From Candidatus Tabaqchalia intestinavium (GTDB lineage: Bacteria > Bacillota > Clostridia > Oscillospirales > CAJFTT01), in assembly GCA_904420005.1 (NCBI GenBank), contig CAJFTT010000042.1, positions 13,970 through 77,969 of the forward strand: 64,000 nt of DNA, read 5' to 3'. The position numbers and the translations under genes are program-made. Of this stretch, positions 41,260 through 51,772 are shown piece by piece. Under the pieces are notes generated by a model that saw nothing but the letters and a program-made list of their open reading frames with translations, did no database searches and was not told the DNA's origin. How positions within the stretch are numbered: position 1 is the stretch's first letter; each line of letters starts with the position of its first letter.

Positions 41260-42561
41260 ATGCAAATTCATGTCATAGGTGCGGGGCTTGCGGGCTGCGA
41301 GGCGGCGTGGCAGGCTGCGCAGCACGGCGCGCAGGTAACGCTGTACGAGATGAAACCGGACCGGTTCTCTCCGGCGCATCACAGCGAAAATTTCGCGGAA
41401 CTGGTGTGCTCCAACTCTCTGCGGGCGGAGGGGCTCGCCAATGCGGTGGGGTTGCTCAAAGAGGAGATGCGCCGTTTGAATTCGCTGATCATGCGGGCGG
41501 CCGATGCGACGCGTGTGCCGGCCGGCGGAGCGTTGGCGGTCGACCGGGCGGCTTTTTCCCAATACATCACGGACCAGATCTGCTCGCGGGAGAACATCAC
41601 CGTTGTGCGTGGAGAGGTGAAGACGCTGCCAGCAGATGGGATCGTCATTGTGGCCTCCGGCCCGTTGACGGACGGCGCGCTGGGGGAGCAGATCCTCTCG
41701 CTGTGCGGCGGAGAGGCGCTGCATTTTTTTGACGCGGCGGCGCCGATCGTGACGGCAGAGAGCGTCAATCTGGAGCGGGCTTATTTCGCATCCCGCTATG
41801 GAAAAGGCGGGGACGATTATCTCAACTGTCCCATGGACAAGCAGGAATACGAAGCGTTCTGCGCGGCGTTGATCGCGGCGGAAACCGCGCCGCTCAAGGA
41901 GTGGGACGCTGGCGAGCAGAAAGTGTTCGAAGGCTGCATGCCGGTGGAGGTGATGGCCGCTCGCGGGCCAGACACGCTGCGCTTTGGTCCGCTTAAACCT
42001 GTGGGACTGCCCGATCCGCACCGGGATGGCAAGCTGCCTTATGCCGTCGTGCAGCTGCGGCGGGACAATGCGGCCGGGACGCTGTTTAATCTTGTCGGAT
42101 TCCAGACACATCTGAAATTCGGGGAACAGAAACGCGTTTTTTCCATGATCCCCGGGCTGGAGCAGGCGGAATTTGTCCGGTATGGCGTCATGCATCGTAA
42201 TACGTTTTTGAATTCGCCGCGCTTGCTCGATTGTTTTTATCGCCTGCGGCAGGAACCGAGAATCTATTTTGCAGGTCAGATCACGGGCGTGGAGGGCTAT
42301 GTCGAATCGACGGCTTCCGGTCTGGTGTGCGGCCTTTGCGCCGCGCGGCAGGCTGCGGGAGAGCCGCCGGTCGATTTCACCGCGCGCACTGCAATCGGCG
42401 CGTTGCAGCATTATGTCAGCAATCCCGCTGTTACAGATTTTCAGCCGATGAATGTGAATTTCGGGATCATTGACAGCCTGGAGGAACGGGTTCGTGGCAA
42501 GCGCGAGCGCTATATGCGCATTTCACAGCGTGCGCTTGCGGTTTTGGCGGAAAAAAGTTAA
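41260..42561 (+). CDS. trmFO: Folate-dependent tRNA (uracil-5)-methyltransferase
   Basis: [60 protein letters not shown]. Confidence 0.96.
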   Translation: MQIHVIGAGLAGCEAAWQAAQHGAQVTLYEMKPDRFSPAHHSENFAELVCSNSLRAEGLANAVGLLKEEMRRLNSLIMRAADATRVPAGGALAVDRAAFSQYITDQICSRENITVVRGEVKTLPADGIVIVASGPLTDGALGEQILSLCGGEALHFFDAAAPIVTAESVNLERAYFASRYGKGGDDYLNCPMDKQEYEAFCAALIAAETAPLKEWDAGEQKVFEGCMPVEVMAARGPDTLRFGPLKPVGLPDPHRDGKLPYAVVQLRRDNAAGTLFNLVGFQTHLKFGEQKRVFSMIPGLEQAEFVRYGVMHRNTFLNSPRLLDCFYRLRQEPRIYFAGQITGVEGYVESTASGLVCGLCAARQAAGEPPVDFTARTAIGALQHYVSNPAVTDFQPMNVNFGIIDSLEERVRGKRERYMRISQRALAVLAEKS

Positions 42562-42624
42562 AATAGATACGCTGAGAATCGGACGGAGCGTGCGGCGGGT
42601 CGCGCGCCGGGAGGAGGAGCAATT

Positions 42625-43638
42625 GTGAAAATTGTGATGGATGCGCACGGCGGCGACCATGCGCCGCTGGAGATCGTCAAGGGCGCGGCGCTCGCGGCGA
42701 AAGAATTTGACGCGACGCTGGTGCTTTGCGGCCGGGAGGCGGAGATCCGCGCAGCGGCGAAAGAGGCGGGCGTTTCGCTGGATGGGATGGAGATCGCGCC
42801 TGCCGAAGATGTGATCGGCATGGAGGACGATCCGGTTTCCATCCTCAAGGAACACGCGGAGTGTTCGATGGCGCGTGGGCTCAAGATGGTGGCGGAAGGA
42901 CAGGGAGACGCGTTTCTGTCGGCCGGCAGCACCGGGGCGCTCGTGGTGGGCTCCCGCTTCTTCGTCAAAAACATGCCCGGTATCAAACGCGCAGCGCTCG
43001 CGCCGATCTTGCCCAGCGCTTGCGGACGCTACATCCTGGCCGACGCCGGCGCGAACGTGGAGTGCCGGCCCGATTTCCTTGTGAAATTCGCCATCATGGG
43101 TTCGGCTTATATGAGCGGGATCCTCGGCGTGGAGAATCCGAGGGTTGGACTGCTTTGCAACGGCACGGAGGAAGGAAAGGGCAACAAACTGACCCAAGAG
43201 GCCTATGAACTGCTCAAGGCAGCGCCGATTCACTTTGTCGGGAATCTCGAGGCGCGGGAAGCGCCGCTCGGCGGATGCGACGTGCTGGTGACGGACGGCT
43301 TTACGGGCAATATTTTCCTCAAGCTCAGCGAAGGTATGGGGAAAATGGTGTCAAACGGTCTGAAAACGGCGCTCAAGAAAAATCCGGTGCGCCTGCTCGG
43401 CGCAGCGCTTATCAGCGGCGGGTTGAAAGAATTCAAAAAATCGCTGGATTACAAGGAAACCGGCGGCGCGCCGCTTCTTGGCCTGCGCTGCCCCGTGATC
43501 AAGGCCCACGGCAGCTCGGATGCCAAAGCGATTTATAATGCGGTCCGGCAGGCGGTGCATTTTGTGCGCAATGATGTCAACGGGCGTATTGAAACGATGC
43601 TGCAGCAGACAGAGCAGCAGGAAAAAGAGAAAGAATAA
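42625..43638 (+). CDS. plsX: Phosphate acyltransferase
   Basis: DAHGGDHAP, SAGSTGA, DAGANVEC, GTEEGKG, DGFTGNI.LK, IKAHGSS. Confidence 0.96.
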   Translation: MKIVMDAHGGDHAPLEIVKGAALAAKEFDATLVLCGREAEIRAAAKEAGVSLDGMEIAPAEDVIGMEDDPVSILKEHAECSMARGLKMVAEGQGDAFLSAGSTGALVVGSRFFVKNMPGIKRAALAPILPSACGRYILADAGANVECRPDFLVKFAIMGSAYMSGILGVENPRVGLLCNGTEEGKGNKLTQEAYELLKAAPIHFVGNLEAREAPLGGCDVLVTDGFTGNIFLKLSEGMGKMVSNGLKTALKKNPVRLLGAALISGGLKEFKKSLDYKETGGAPLLGLRCPVIKAHGSSDAKAIYNAVRQAVHFVRNDVNGRIETMLQQTEQQEKEKE

Positions 43639-43714
43639 GAAACCCAAGCAGCAGAAATTCGGCATGTCAAAAGCGACCTGCTAACACTTGCTGCAGAAAG
43701 GAGAGGAAACAGCG

Positions 43715-45052
43715 GTGGAACAAGAAACACGAGAAAGGAAACGCCGCCCGCGCAGAAGAAACCGGGCGCATGCGACAGGGGATCCGATTGCCCAACAGCC
43801 GTCTGCCGAAACACCGACTGCAGCCCCGGCAGAGCGCCCTGTGATTCGGGATGCGTTGCTTTACGAGACCGTGCGGCAGCCGGCGCAGAAAAAGCCGGCC
43901 AAGGCAAAGGTCACAGAGACTACGGACGCGCAGAAAGGGGAGGCGAAAGGACCGAGGAAAGCGAAAGAAAAACCGGTCGCGCCGCCGACACAGCAAACGG
44001 TACAACAATCTGCCCCGCAGCCCAAAGCGCCGACGCAGGAGAACGAAGCGTCTGAGATGGTGCAGGAAAGCCAGCCCAAGGAGAGCGCCAAACGGCGCGG
44101 CCGCGGCGGCCGAGGCAGGAAGAAGCAACCCGCCGCGCAGGAGGCGGTTCCGGCAACGGCGGAGGCGGAGCCCAAAGCAAAGCCCGAACCCGTCGAGGAG
44201 ACAGCAAGCGCTGAACCCAAGGAAGCGGCACAAACGGCGTCCGCCTCCACACACGGCAAAAACCGCCGCAAGAAAAAGGCCAAGTCGCCGGCTGCCTCCC
44301 AGCCGGCAGAACAACCGGCGGCGCACAAGCAGAAAGTCACGCTGCGCGGCCCGGTGGTTCGCGACGCGATTTTGGACGAGTTCGAGCGTGTGATCGGGTA
44401 TCAGTTCCAGAACAAGGAGCTGCTGCGGCAGGCGCTGACCCATTCCTCCTACGCCAACGAAACCAAAGGGCCGCCCATCGGGCAGAACGAACGGCTGGAG
44501 TTCCTGGGGGATTCGGTGCTTTCCCTCACGGTGGCCAATGAGTTATACCATAAGTATCCCGATTTCCCGGAAGGCGAGCTGACGCGGATGCGCTCTGCGC
44601 TCGTTTGTGAGAAAACGCTGCATATTCTCGCCAAGGAAATCCATCTGGGGCAGTACTTATACCTCGGCAAGGGGGAAGAAGCGACAGGCGGGCGTGAGCG
44701 TCCTTCCGTGCTGGCAGACGCTTATGAAGCGGTGATTGCTTCGATTTACCTTGACGGCGGCCTCGATGCCGCGCGCTGGTTCATCCTCACGCGGATGCAT
44801 CAGCAGATGGTGATGCACAGTCAGGACATTCCGCGGGATTATAAGTCCGCGCTGCAGGAGATTGTCCAGCAGAATCCGGAAGAGCGTTTGACTTATGTGC
44901 TGGCAGACGAGAGCGGCCCTGACCACAATAAGAGCTTTACCGTGGAAATTTACCTCAATCGCAACCGCATCAGTTCAGGTACCGCCGCTTCCAAGAAAGA
45001 GGCGGAACAGCGCGCCGCAAAGGAAGCGTTGGAGCTGATGGGCCGGCGATGA
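43715..45052 (+). CDS. rnc: Ribonuclease III with long low-complexity N-terminal extension
   Basis: ALTHSSYANE, NERLEFLGDSVL, LADAYEAVIASIYLD, dsRBD (DYKSALQE...GPDHNKSF...KKEAEQRAA); GTG 43715 after RBS AAAGGAGAGG. Confidence 0.92.
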   Translation: MEQETRERKRRPRRRNRAHATGDPIAQQPSAETPTAAPAERPVIRDALLYETVRQPAQKKPAKAKVTETTDAQKGEAKGPRKAKEKPVAPPTQQTVQQSAPQPKAPTQENEASEMVQESQPKESAKRRGRGGRGRKKQPAAQEAVPATAEAEPKAKPEPVEETASAEPKEAAQTASASTHGKNRRKKKAKSPAASQPAEQPAAHKQKVTLRGPVVRDAILDEFERVIGYQFQNKELLRQALTHSSYANETKGPPIGQNERLEFLGDSVLSLTVANELYHKYPDFPEGELTRMRSALVCEKTLHILAKEIHLGQYLYLGKGEEATGGRERPSVLADAYEAVIASIYLDGGLDAARWFILTRMHQQMVMHSQDIPRDYKSALQEIVQQNPEERLTYVLADESGPDHNKSFTVEIYLNRNRISSGTAASKKEAEQRAAKEALELMGRR

Positions 45053-46086
45053 AACACGGGAACGTCGCAGTATTCGTGCCTCATGCCGGGTGCCCGCATC
45101 AATGTGCGTTTTGCAATCAAAAGCGTATTTCCGGCACATTGACCCCGCCGCGCGGCGAGGATGTGCAGCGCCTGCTGCAGCAGGCCGTCGATGCCATGCG
45201 GAAACATAGGCCGCAGCAAGCACAGATCGCGTTTTTCGGCGGCAGCTTTACCGCGGTGCCGCGCGCGTATATGCTTGAGCTGCTGGACGCGGCGCAGCCG
45301 TTTTTGGCTGAGTTTTCCGGCATCCGGATTTCCACGCGGCCGGATGCCGTCGATGATGAGATCCTGGCCATGCTGCGACGAAAAGGCGTGACAGCCATAG
45401 AGCTGGGCGCGCAGAGCATGCGTGAGGAAGTGCTGCTTCGATGCGGCCGCGGTCATACGGCGCAGGACACGCGGGACGCCGCGGCGCGGATTCTCGATCA
45501 TGGCTTTGTTTTGGGGCTGCAGATGATGACCGGCCTGCCGGGGGACGACGACGCTGGCGCGCTGTCCACGGCGCGCCAGCTGCTCGCATTAGGGCCGCAG
45601 GAGATGCGTGTTTATCCCACGCTTGTGCTGCGGGATACGCCGCTTGCCGAAGCGTATACGGCGGGACAATATCGGCCGCAAACGCTGGACGAGGCGGTGG
45701 CGCTTGGCGCGCGGCTGCTGCAGCAGATCGAAGCTGCGGGCGTGCGCGTGCTGCGAATGGGTCTGCATGACGACCATTTGGCCGAATCTGTGTTGGCGGG
45801 ACCGTACCATCCGGCTTTCCGCGCGCTGTGTGAAAGTCGGCTATATTATGAAAATGCCTGCAGGGCTATGGCGGCGGCCGGTGGACGCATACACACGCTG
45901 ATTGTGCATCCCAAGGGGGTCTCTTCGCTCATTGGCCAGCGGCGGGAGAATCTTCTCGCGCTGGAGCGGCGAAATGCAGGATCGCTGCGCATCAGAACGG
46001 ATGCGGCGCTTTTGAAATACGCGGTGCGGGTGCAGCCGGCCGAGCGCGGAGAAACAGCGCCAGAGATAGAGAAATCAAAATTCTAA
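45049..46086 (+). CDS. Radical SAM protein (Elp3/YhcC-like)
   Basis: FVPHAGCPHQCAFCNQ, AFFGGSFT, ISTRPD, IELGAQS, GLQMMTGLPGD, GPYHPAF. Confidence 0.88.
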   Translation: MKHGNVAVFVPHAGCPHQCAFCNQKRISGTLTPPRGEDVQRLLQQAVDAMRKHRPQQAQIAFFGGSFTAVPRAYMLELLDAAQPFLAEFSGIRISTRPDAVDDEILAMLRRKGVTAIELGAQSMREEVLLRCGRGHTAQDTRDAAARILDHGFVLGLQMMTGLPGDDDAGALSTARQLLALGPQEMRVYPTLVLRDTPLAEAYTAGQYRPQTLDEAVALGARLLQQIEAAGVRVLRMGLHDDHLAESVLAGPYHPAFRALCESRLYYENACRAMAAAGGRIHTLIVHPKGVSSLIGQRRENLLALERRNAGSLRIRTDAALLKYAVRVQPAERGETAPEIEKSKF

Positions 46087-46098
46087 AGAAGCAGGGAA

Positions 46099-49000
46099 GT
46101 GAAACGCTTGCAGTTGCGGTCTCTTGAGATTCAGGGCTTCAAATCGTTCCCCGACCGGACGAAACTGACGTTTGGGGAAGGCATCACCGCCGTCGTAGGC
46201 CCCAACGGCAGCGGAAAATCCAACATCAGCGATGCTGTGCGATGGGTGCTGGGGGAGAAATCCAGCAAGAGCCTGCGCGGCACCAAAATGGAAGACGTCG
46301 TGTTCAACGGAACCCAGAAGCGCAAGCAAATGGGATATGCGGAAGTGACTCTGACGATAGACAATACTGCCCGCACGCTGCCTTATGACGAAGATACGGT
46401 CGCCGTGACCCGCCGGTATTACCGTTCAGGAGAGAGCGAATACCAGATCAACGGCAATACCGTGCGTCTGCGCGACGTGCATGAGCTGTTCATGGATACC
46501 GGTCTGGGACAGGATGGGTATTCCATCGTCGGCCAGGGCCGGATTGCTGAGATTGTTGCCGCGAAGTCGGACGACCGCCGCGAGATTTTCGAGGAGGCCG
46601 CCGGAATTTCGCGTTTTCGCAGCAAAAAAGAGGAATCGGAGCGGCATCTCAAAGTGGCGGAAGAGAATCTTTCCCGCCTGCTGGATATTCTCACGGAGCT
46701 GGAGAGCCGCGTTGAGCCGCTGCGCGAACAGAGCGAGAAGGCCAAGCGTTTTTTGGAATATAACGGGGAAAAAAACGGGCTGGAGATCGCGCTGTCTCTG
46801 GTGCAGCTCGAGCGCGGACGCGACCAGCTGCGAGATGTCGAATATAAACTGAGGGCCGCGCAGGCGCAGTATCAGGCTGCGGCTGAAAAGATCGAGGCGC
46901 TTGCCGGCGAAAACGAAGAAGTGTACCTCCAGCAGCAGAAGCTGGCCGCCCGGACGGATGAAATCCGCCGCGCCGCGCAGCAGATGGAGGAGCAGGCGAC
47001 GCAGCGGGAAGCTGAGGTGGCCGTGCTGCGCAACGATATGCGCCGCGATGAGGAGATCCGGCAGCGTATTGCGGGCGATCTGTCTGCCGCGCAGGATGCG
47101 GACGCGGGGTTTGACGCCCTGGTAGCGCAGCGGCAGGAACGGATCAAAACGCGGGAAGAGGAAATCCGCAAGCTGGAAGCGTCGCTGGAGACGCTCAATG
47201 CCGAGCTGCTGGAGAGCGTCACGCGCACGGATGCTTTGGCGGGAGAATTGGAGACGCATAACCGCCGCCTTTCCGAGCTGACGGTCGCGGTGAGCGAGCG
47301 CCGGGTGCAGCTTTCCACCGCGCAGACGGCGGTCGAGGAGCTCGACGAGCGCGCGGCGTCTGTGGCGGAGCGGCGCGAGCAGCTGGCAGCCCGGGCGGAA
47401 AGGGCGCGGGAGGAACTGGAGACGCTGCAGCAGGAGCAGGCGGCGCAGACAGTTCGGCAGGAGAGCCTGCGCAATGCCGAAGGCGGCTACGCGATCAAGC
47501 TGGAAAATCGCAGAAAAAAGCGCGAGGAAAAAGAAGAAGCCGTGCGCCGGCTGGCGCTGCGGCTTTCGGAGAAGCAGCAGCGCGCAGAGATGCTTTCGAA
47601 CCTTGAGCGTCAGCTGGAGGGCTTCGCCGGCAGCGTCAAGACCGTCATGCGGGAAAGCGAGCGCGGTCGGCTGCGCGGTGTGATCGGACCGGTGTCGCGC
47701 GTGGTCACGGTGCCGGATGATTATGCCGTCGCGGTGGAGACGGCGCTTGGCGCGGCGCTGCAGAATATCGTCGTCGAGACGGAGAACGACGCCAAAGCGG
47801 CGATCGGGTATCTCAAGCAGCAGGATGCGGGACGCGCGACGTTTCTGCCGCTGTCCTCGGTGCGGGGCAATCTGCTTGACGAGCGCGGCGTCGCCGGGCA
47901 GCCGGGGTATGTCGGCGTTGCGGCGCGCCTGGTGCAGTATGAGGCGCGGTTTGAAGGCGTGGTTCATTCTCTGCTGGGGCGCATCGCTGTGGTACGGGAT
48001 CTGGACGCTGGCATCGCGCTGGCGAGGAAGAACCAGTTCCGTTTTCGTATCGTGACGCTCGACGGGCAGATCATCAACGCGGGCGGCTCCTTCACCGGCG
48101 GTTCCGTCGGGAGAAACGCAGGGCTGCTCACCCGCTCCCGCGACATTGAAAAGCTGCAGCAGGAAGCGGCTGCGCTGCAAACGCAGCTGGATGCGGCTTC
48201 CGAAGAGAAACGGCGCATTTCAGAAGAAACGGCCGCGCTGGAAGCGGAATATCTCGGCCTCAAGAGCGAGCTACAGACCTGCGCGGAGAATCTCATTCGT
48301 CTGGACGGGGAGTTGAAGCTGCGGCAGGATCAGGCGGAGGCTGCCGACAGCATGCTTTCTTCCCTGGAGGAGGAAGCGGCTGACGCGGCGCAGCGGCGGG
48401 AAGCGCAGCTGGCCCAGATTGCGCAGACGCAGCAGGCGCTCTCCGAATTAAGCGAGCAGATGACGCAGGCCGAGGAAGCCGTTACGCGGCTGTCCGGCGG
48501 TCAGTCGCAGCTGGCGGCCCGCCGGGAGGCGCAGTCGCAGGAGATCGCCTCCATCCGGCTGCAGGTGATGGAGATCCGCAAGGATATCGACGCCGACGAG
48601 CAGGCGATCGCGGATGTCGAAGTCCGCCGGCAGGAGCAGAAAAGCCGCGCCGGCGCTTACGAGGAGGAAATCCGCACACTGGAAGAGAAAACCCGGCAGG
48701 ATGAAGAAAAGATCCAGGCGCTCTTGGCGGAGGCGGCTGCGCTGCGCGAGCAGGCGAAGGCATCGGAGACCGGCGTGGCCGAAGTGGCCCGCGAGAGGGA
48801 GACGCTGGAAAAGCGCGTCACGCAGATCGGGGAAGAGCAGAAAGCCGCCTATAACGAGCGGGAGAAAATCGGAGGCGAGGTCGGTCGGCTGGAAGAGCGC
48901 CGCGCGAATCTCAGCCGCGACTATGACAAGATTATCGCTTCCCTGCTCGAGGAGCATCAGCTCACCCGCTCGGAAGCGGAAGCGGCTGCGCCCAAGATCG

Positions 49001-49689
49001 AGGATGTACCGCAGGCGCAGCGGCGGCTGGCAGAGCTGAAAAACAAAATCAAAGCCCTGGGATCCGTCAACGTCGGCGCAATCGAGGAATATAAGGAAGT
49101 CTACGCCCGGTACGCCGCGATGAAGGAGCAATATGACGATGTGGAGCAGTCGAGGAAAGAGCTGCTGCATATTATTTCAGACGTTACCTCCAAGATGAAA
49201 ACCATCTTTGGGGAGGAATTTGCCCGCATCAATCTCAATTTTACGGAAACGTTCCGGGAGCTGTTCGGTGGCGGCACAGCGCAACTGCGCTTGACGGACC
49301 CGGACGATGTGCTGACCTCCGGCATCGAGATCGACGTGGCGCCGCCTGGGAAGATTATCAACAATCTCGCCTCACTCTCCGGCGGCGAGCAGGCGATGGT
49401 CGCTATGGCGATCTATTTCGCGATCCTGAAGGTGCGTCCCGCCCCGTTCTGCATTCTCGACGAGGTGGAGACGGCGCTGGACGACGTCAACGTCTCCCGC
49501 TTTGCGGCGTATCTGAACAAAATGTCGGATCGCACCCAATTCATTGCGATCACGCATCGGCGCGGCACGATGGAAATGGCGGACCGGCTTTACGGCGTGA
49601 CGATGCAGGAAGAAGGCGTGTCCAAGCTGCTGGTGATGAACGTCTCGGAAATGGCGAAGGATAAGCAGCTCGGCGCGATCATAAAATAA
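46099..49689 (+). CDS. smc: Chromosome segregation protein SMC
   Basis: GFKSF, GPNGSGKSN, coiled coils, hinge GRATFLPL / GGSFTGG, LSGGEQA, ILDEVETALD. Confidence 0.97.
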   Translation: MKRLQLRSLEIQGFKSFPDRTKLTFGEGITAVVGPNGSGKSNISDAVRWVLGEKSSKSLRGTKMEDVVFNGTQKRKQMGYAEVTLTIDNTARTLPYDEDTVAVTRRYYRSGESEYQINGNTVRLRDVHELFMDTGLGQDGYSIVGQGRIAEIVAAKSDDRREIFEEAAGISRFRSKKEESERHLKVAEENLSRLLDILTELESRVEPLREQSEKAKRFLEYNGEKNGLEIALSLVQLERGRDQLRDVEYKLRAAQAQYQAAAEKIEALAGENEEVYLQQQKLAARTDEIRRAAQQMEEQATQREAEVAVLRNDMRRDEEIRQRIAGDLSAAQDADAGFDALVAQRQERIKTREEEIRKLEASLETLNAELLESVTRTDALAGELETHNRRLSELTVAVSERRVQLSTAQTAVEELDERAASVAERREQLAARAERAREELETLQQEQAAQTVRQESLRNAEGGYAIKLENRRKKREEKEEAVRRLALRLSEKQQRAEMLSNLERQLEGFAGSVKTVMRESERGRLRGVIGPVSRVVTVPDDYAVAVETALGAALQNIVVETENDAKAAIGYLKQQDAGRATFLPLSSVRGNLLDERGVAGQPGYVGVAARLVQYEARFEGVVHSLLGRIAVVRDLDAGIALARKNQFRFRIVTLDGQIINAGGSFTGGSVGRNAGLLTRSRDIEKLQQEAAALQTQLDAASEEKRRISEETAALEAEYLGLKSELQTCAENLIRLDGELKLRQDQAEAADSMLSSLEEEAADAAQRREAQLAQIAQTQQALSELSEQMTQAEEAVTRLSGGQSQLAARREAQSQEIASIRLQVMEIRKDIDADEQAIADVEVRRQEQKSRAGAYEEEIRTLEEKTRQDEEKIQALLAEAAALREQAKASETGVAEVARERETLEKRVTQIGEEQKAAYNEREKIGGEVGRLEERRANLSRDYDKIIASLLEEHQLTRSEAEAAAPKIEDVPQAQRRLAELKNKIKALGSVNVGAIEEYKEVYARYAAMKEQYDDVEQSRKELLHIISDVTSKMKTIFGEEFARINLNFTETFRELFGGGTAQLRLTDPDDVLTSGIEIDVAPPGKIINNLASLSGGEQAMVAMAIYFAILKVRPAPFCILDEVETALDDVNVSRFAAYLNKMSDRTQFIAITHRRGTMEMADRLYGVTMQEEGVSKLLVMNVSEMAKDKQLGAIIK

Positions 49690-49724
49690 TCTCGGATGGA
49701 ATTTGAAGAGGAGAAGGTGCCGCA

Positions 49725-50636
49725 ATGGGATTTCTGGAAAAGATCAAAAACGGACTGCGCAAAACAAGGGACAGTTTCACCTCCAATCTGCGCGGAATTT
49801 TGAATTCCTTCACCAAAATCGATGAAGAACTCTTCGAAGAACTTGAGGAAATCCTCATCATGGCGGATGTCGGGACGGTCACCACACAGCATATCCTCGA
49901 TCGGCTGCGCCAGAAGATCAAAGAGGAGGGGCTGACCGACCCGCAAGCCATCCAGGAAAAGCTCAAAGAAGTGCTGTGCGAACTGCTGACAGGGGACAAC
50001 ACGCTGCATCTTGCCACACAGCCGTCGGTGATTCTGGTCATCGGCGTCAACGGCGTTGGGAAAACCACCACCATTGGAAAAATGGCGGCGTATTTCTCCG
50101 CGCAGGGGAAAAAGGTTGTGCTGGGCGCGGCCGACACTTTTCGCGCCGCCGCGATCGATCAGCTGGAGGTCTGGGCACAGCGCGCGAACGTGCCGCTGGT
50201 GCGCCAGAGCGAAGGAGCGGATCCGGCGGCCGTGGTGTTTGACACCATGCGGGCGGCCAACGCACGGCACATGGATATTGCCATCTGCGACACGGCGGGG
50301 CGACTGCATAATAAGAAAAACCTCATGGATGAGCTGAGCAAAATCAGCCGCGTCATCGAGCGCGAAGCGCCCAGCAGCGACAAGGAGGTACTGCTGGTGC
50401 TGGACGCGACGACGGGGCGCAACGCCGTCACCCAGGCGCGGGAATTTCGCGAGGCGGCCGGCATTACCGGCATTGTCTTGACGAAGCTTGACGGCACGGC
50501 GAAGGGCGGCGTCGTGCTTGCCATTCAGGACGAATTGGGAATCCCTGTAAAATTTGTCGGCGTGGGGGAAAAGATCGACGATCTGCAACCTTTCGATGCG
50601 CAGGCGTTCGTGGATGGGTTGTTTGAAGAAGTATAA
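49725..50636 (+). CDS. ftsY: SRP receptor FtsY
   Basis: GVNGVGKTTTIGK, DTFRAAA, DTAGRLH, TKLDGTAKGG. Confidence 0.97.
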   Translation: MGFLEKIKNGLRKTRDSFTSNLRGILNSFTKIDEELFEELEEILIMADVGTVTTQHILDRLRQKIKEEGLTDPQAIQEKLKEVLCELLTGDNTLHLATQPSVILVIGVNGVGKTTTIGKMAAYFSAQGKKVVLGAADTFRAAAIDQLEVWAQRANVPLVRQSEGADPAAVVFDTMRAANARHMDIAICDTAGRLHNKKNLMDELSKISRVIEREAPSSDKEVLLVLDATTGRNAVTQAREFREAAGITGIVLTKLDGTAKGGVVLAIQDELGIPVKFVGVGEKIDDLQPFDAQAFVDGLFEEV

Positions 50637-50672
50637 ACAATTGTTCGCGTCGCCGAAAGGAGAGAAATGTAG

Positions 50673-51266
50673 ATGAAATTCGTCGTTGCGACCAATAACG
50701 AACATAAATTGCAGGAGATTCAGCGGATTTTGCTGCCGCTGGGAATCGAAGCGCTTTCACAAAAACAGGCGGGGGCGTCGGTCGAGGTAGAGGAAACCGG
50801 GAGCACCTTCGAGGAGAATGCTTTTCTCAAGGCGCAGGCAGTCGCAAAGGCGACCGGTCTGCCGGCGGTTGCTGACGATTCCGGCCTTGCGGTGACGGCG
50901 CTGGGCGGACGGCCGGGGATTTATTCCGCGCGGTATGCCGGAGAGGGCGCGAGCGACGCCGATCGGATCCGCAAACTGCTCAAAGAGCTCGAAGCGTGCG
51001 ATACACAGGACCGCAGCGCCAAATTTGTGTCTGCGGTGTGCTGTTATTTTTCCGAGGACGATTGGTTTTGCGTGCGCGGCGAATGTCCCGGCGTGATTGC
51101 GCACGCGCCTATGGGGGAAGGCGGGTTCGGCTATGATCCCGTATTCTTCCTGCCGGAAGAGGGGAAAACCTTCGGACAGCTTACCCCGCAGGAGAAGGAT
51201 GGCTACAGTCACCGCGGGCGGGCGCTGCGCGCCATGCAGGAGAAGCTGCGGGATCGGCTGGCGTAA
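50673..51266 (+). CDS. rdgB: dITP/XTP pyrophosphatase (RdgB/HAM1)
   Basis: ATNNEHK, TFEENA..KA, ADDSGL, PGIYSARY, GFGYDPVF, SHRGRA. Confidence 0.95.
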   Translation: MKFVVATNNEHKLQEIQRILLPLGIEALSQKQAGASVEVEETGSTFEENAFLKAQAVAKATGLPAVADDSGLAVTALGGRPGIYSARYAGEGASDADRIRKLLKELEACDTQDRSAKFVSAVCCYFSEDDWFCVRGECPGVIAHAPMGEGGFGYDPVFFLPEEGKTFGQLTPQEKDGYSHRGRALRAMQEKLRDRLA

Positions 51267-51369
51267 GGAACCGCGAGCAGCGCGGTGAAAAGAAAGGAAT
51301 AAGCCGCAGGGAAAAGCGACGGATTTTCCTTCTCGGTGGAACAATGATACAGAAAGGCGTTTTGATACC

Positions 51370-51678
51370 ATGATTACAACCAAACAGAGAGCCTATTTGC
51401 GCGCGATGGCCAATGGACTGGAGACAATTTTGCAGATAGGAAAAGGCGGCATTTCTCCCAATCTCGTCGCGCAGGTTAAAGACGCGCTCGAAGCGCGGGA
51501 AATCATCAAGCTGTGTGTGTTGGAAACGGCTCCTGTCACGGCGCGGGAAGCGGCGCAGGAGCTGGCCGATTCGGCCCGCGCGGAGATTGTGCAGGTGATC
51601 GGCAACCGTTTCACGCTTTATAAGCGAAACGAAAAGGAGCCTCGGATCACGTTGCCCAAAGCAGTGCGGAAAGCCTGA
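51370..51678 (+). CDS. yhbY: YhbY (CRM-domain) RNA-binding protein
   Basis: TTKQRAYLR, QIGKGGI, ALEAREIIK, VQVIGNRFTLY. Confidence 0.93.
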   Translation: MITTKQRAYLRAMANGLETILQIGKGGISPNLVAQVKDALEAREIIKLCVLETAPVTAREAAQELADSARAEIVQVIGNRFTLYKRNEKEPRITLPKAVRKA

Positions 51679-51772
51679 CCACGGCCGGTGCGGCCGATAA
51701 ATCAAAACCGCCGGAAGTGAAAATCCGGCGGTACAGCGGCATTGGGAAAGAAGAGAAGCGGAGGCAGCGGCT

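Noticed and set aside
50635-50647. SOS-box-like AAAC-AATT-GTTCG before rdgB
   Set aside because: Overlaps the ftsY stop in a 36-nt gap with no visible promoter; likely chance.
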